From the NCBI GenBank assembly GCA_965223705.1, contig OZ245015.1:4478234-4542233 (forward strand): a stretch of 64,000 nt of DNA, read 5' to 3'. Positions 63,296 through 64,000 of this stretch are shown here, one piece after another (the first letter of the stretch is position 1; the number at the start of each line of letters is the position of its first letter). The position numbers were made by a program, and so were the translations under genes. The DNA comes from Myxococcota bacterium. GTDB taxonomy: Bacteria; Myxococcota_A; UBA9160; UBA6930. The notes under the pieces were generated by a model. That model was not told where the DNA came from, did no database searches, and saw nothing but the letters and a program-made list of their open reading frames with translations.

Positions 63296-64000
63296 CGTTC
63301 CAACAGGACGGGCGCGGCGACGCGCTGCCAGGCGGTCGGCCAATCGGGGCCTCGATTCGCGGCGACGTTCATAGCGAGCTCCGCGAGGCGTCCTCCGGGC
63401 GGAGGGAAGCCCGCGAGCAGGCTCGTCAACTGTTCCGCCAAATCCTGCGCGTCTCGAAACAAAACACCTGTCCCTCCCGGATCGAGCTTCTCGCGCAAGC
63501 AAGGCCCGTAGTCGAGTGCGCAGGCCGGCAGCCCGGCGCCTCGCATATCCGCGAGCTTCATCGGCAAATCGACGCCCGAGGTCGACCGGTGCAGACACAC
63601 GCCGAGGTCGGCTGCCGCCAGACACGCCGGATACTCGGCCGCCGGAAGCCACGCCGGTTGCACATGGACCCGCTCGAGTTGCAGTGCCTCCGCCTCGCGC
63701 AGGAACGCGTCGAGCCCGGGACCTCTCCCCGTAGCGAGAATCACGATCGGCGGCAGAACGCCCGGTGGGGCGGCATCGAGAATTTTCGCGGCGTCGAGGA
63801 GCAGCGCGTGATCTTCGTCCAACGTGAAGCTCGAAGGACAGACCACGAGTGCGGGGTCGGAGCGAAAGGGCGTCGGGAGCTCGAGCGAATCGAAGAGCTT
63901 CGCTCGGGCCGCGAGGCGATCCTCCGGTGCCAGAGGCGCAAATCGGGAGTGAGGTTCGTCGTAGAGAACCCGTGCGCCATCGATACGGCGTTCGGTTGCG
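63292..64000 (-). CDS. ALG1-like (GT33) beta-mannosyltransferase, 5' end outside the window
   Basis: VLYDEP, SSFTLDED, TGRGP, WL..EYP..ADLGVCLHRSTSGVDLPMKLADM..GLP; frame open to window edge. Confidence 0.85.
   Translation of the reverse strand, partial: ATERRIDGARVLYDEPHSRFAPLAPEDRLAARAKLFDSLELPTPFRSDPALVVCPSSFTLDEDHALLLDAAKILDAAPPGVLPPIVILATGRGPGLDAFLREAEALQLERVHVQPAWLPAAEYPACLAAADLGVCLHRSTSGVDLPMKLADMRGAGLPACALDYGPCLREKLDPGGTGVLFRDAQDLAEQLTSLLAGFPPPGGRLAELAMNVAANRGPDWPTAWQRVAAPVLLER

Overview
GC-rich bacterial chromosomal window; the PEP-CTERM protein, PilZ proteins and many sigma-54 promoters suggest a Myxococcota/deltaproteobacterium-like lineage (inference). Layout: 1-30 kb holds housekeeping and catabolic genes (mscL, nhaA, acyl-CoA dehydrogenases, amidase, an hpaFEDB homoprotocatechuate cluster, a P450, a DEAD-box helicase). 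It also hides a MerB-like gene (23103-23816, minus) in which both catalytic Cys positions are in-frame UGA codons followed by hairpins, i.e. a probable double selenoprotein. 30.2-35.0 kb is an operon of nucleotidyltransferase, three GT2s, an HprK-like kinase and a PqqD/RRE protein with its own YxxPxL leader-like tail. 36.8-59.8 kb is a stress/low-oxygen block (6 USP, 3 CBS, 2 hemerythrin-like, Hsp20, Crp/Fnr, FixL-like heme-PAS kinase, NtrC-family activator, three paralogous secreted monoheme cytochromes c) with 14 sigma-54 promoter motifs and a recurring 17-bp palindrome. Next come tRNA-Arg with the uncommon GCG anticodon and tRNA-Ser(GGA), separated by a structured repeat also found at 24.2 kb. 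The window ends in a glycan locus with ALG11-like and ALG1-like glycosyltransferases flanking an ABC exporter. No CRISPR, integrase or transposase was seen. All calls are by motif recognition, without database searches.
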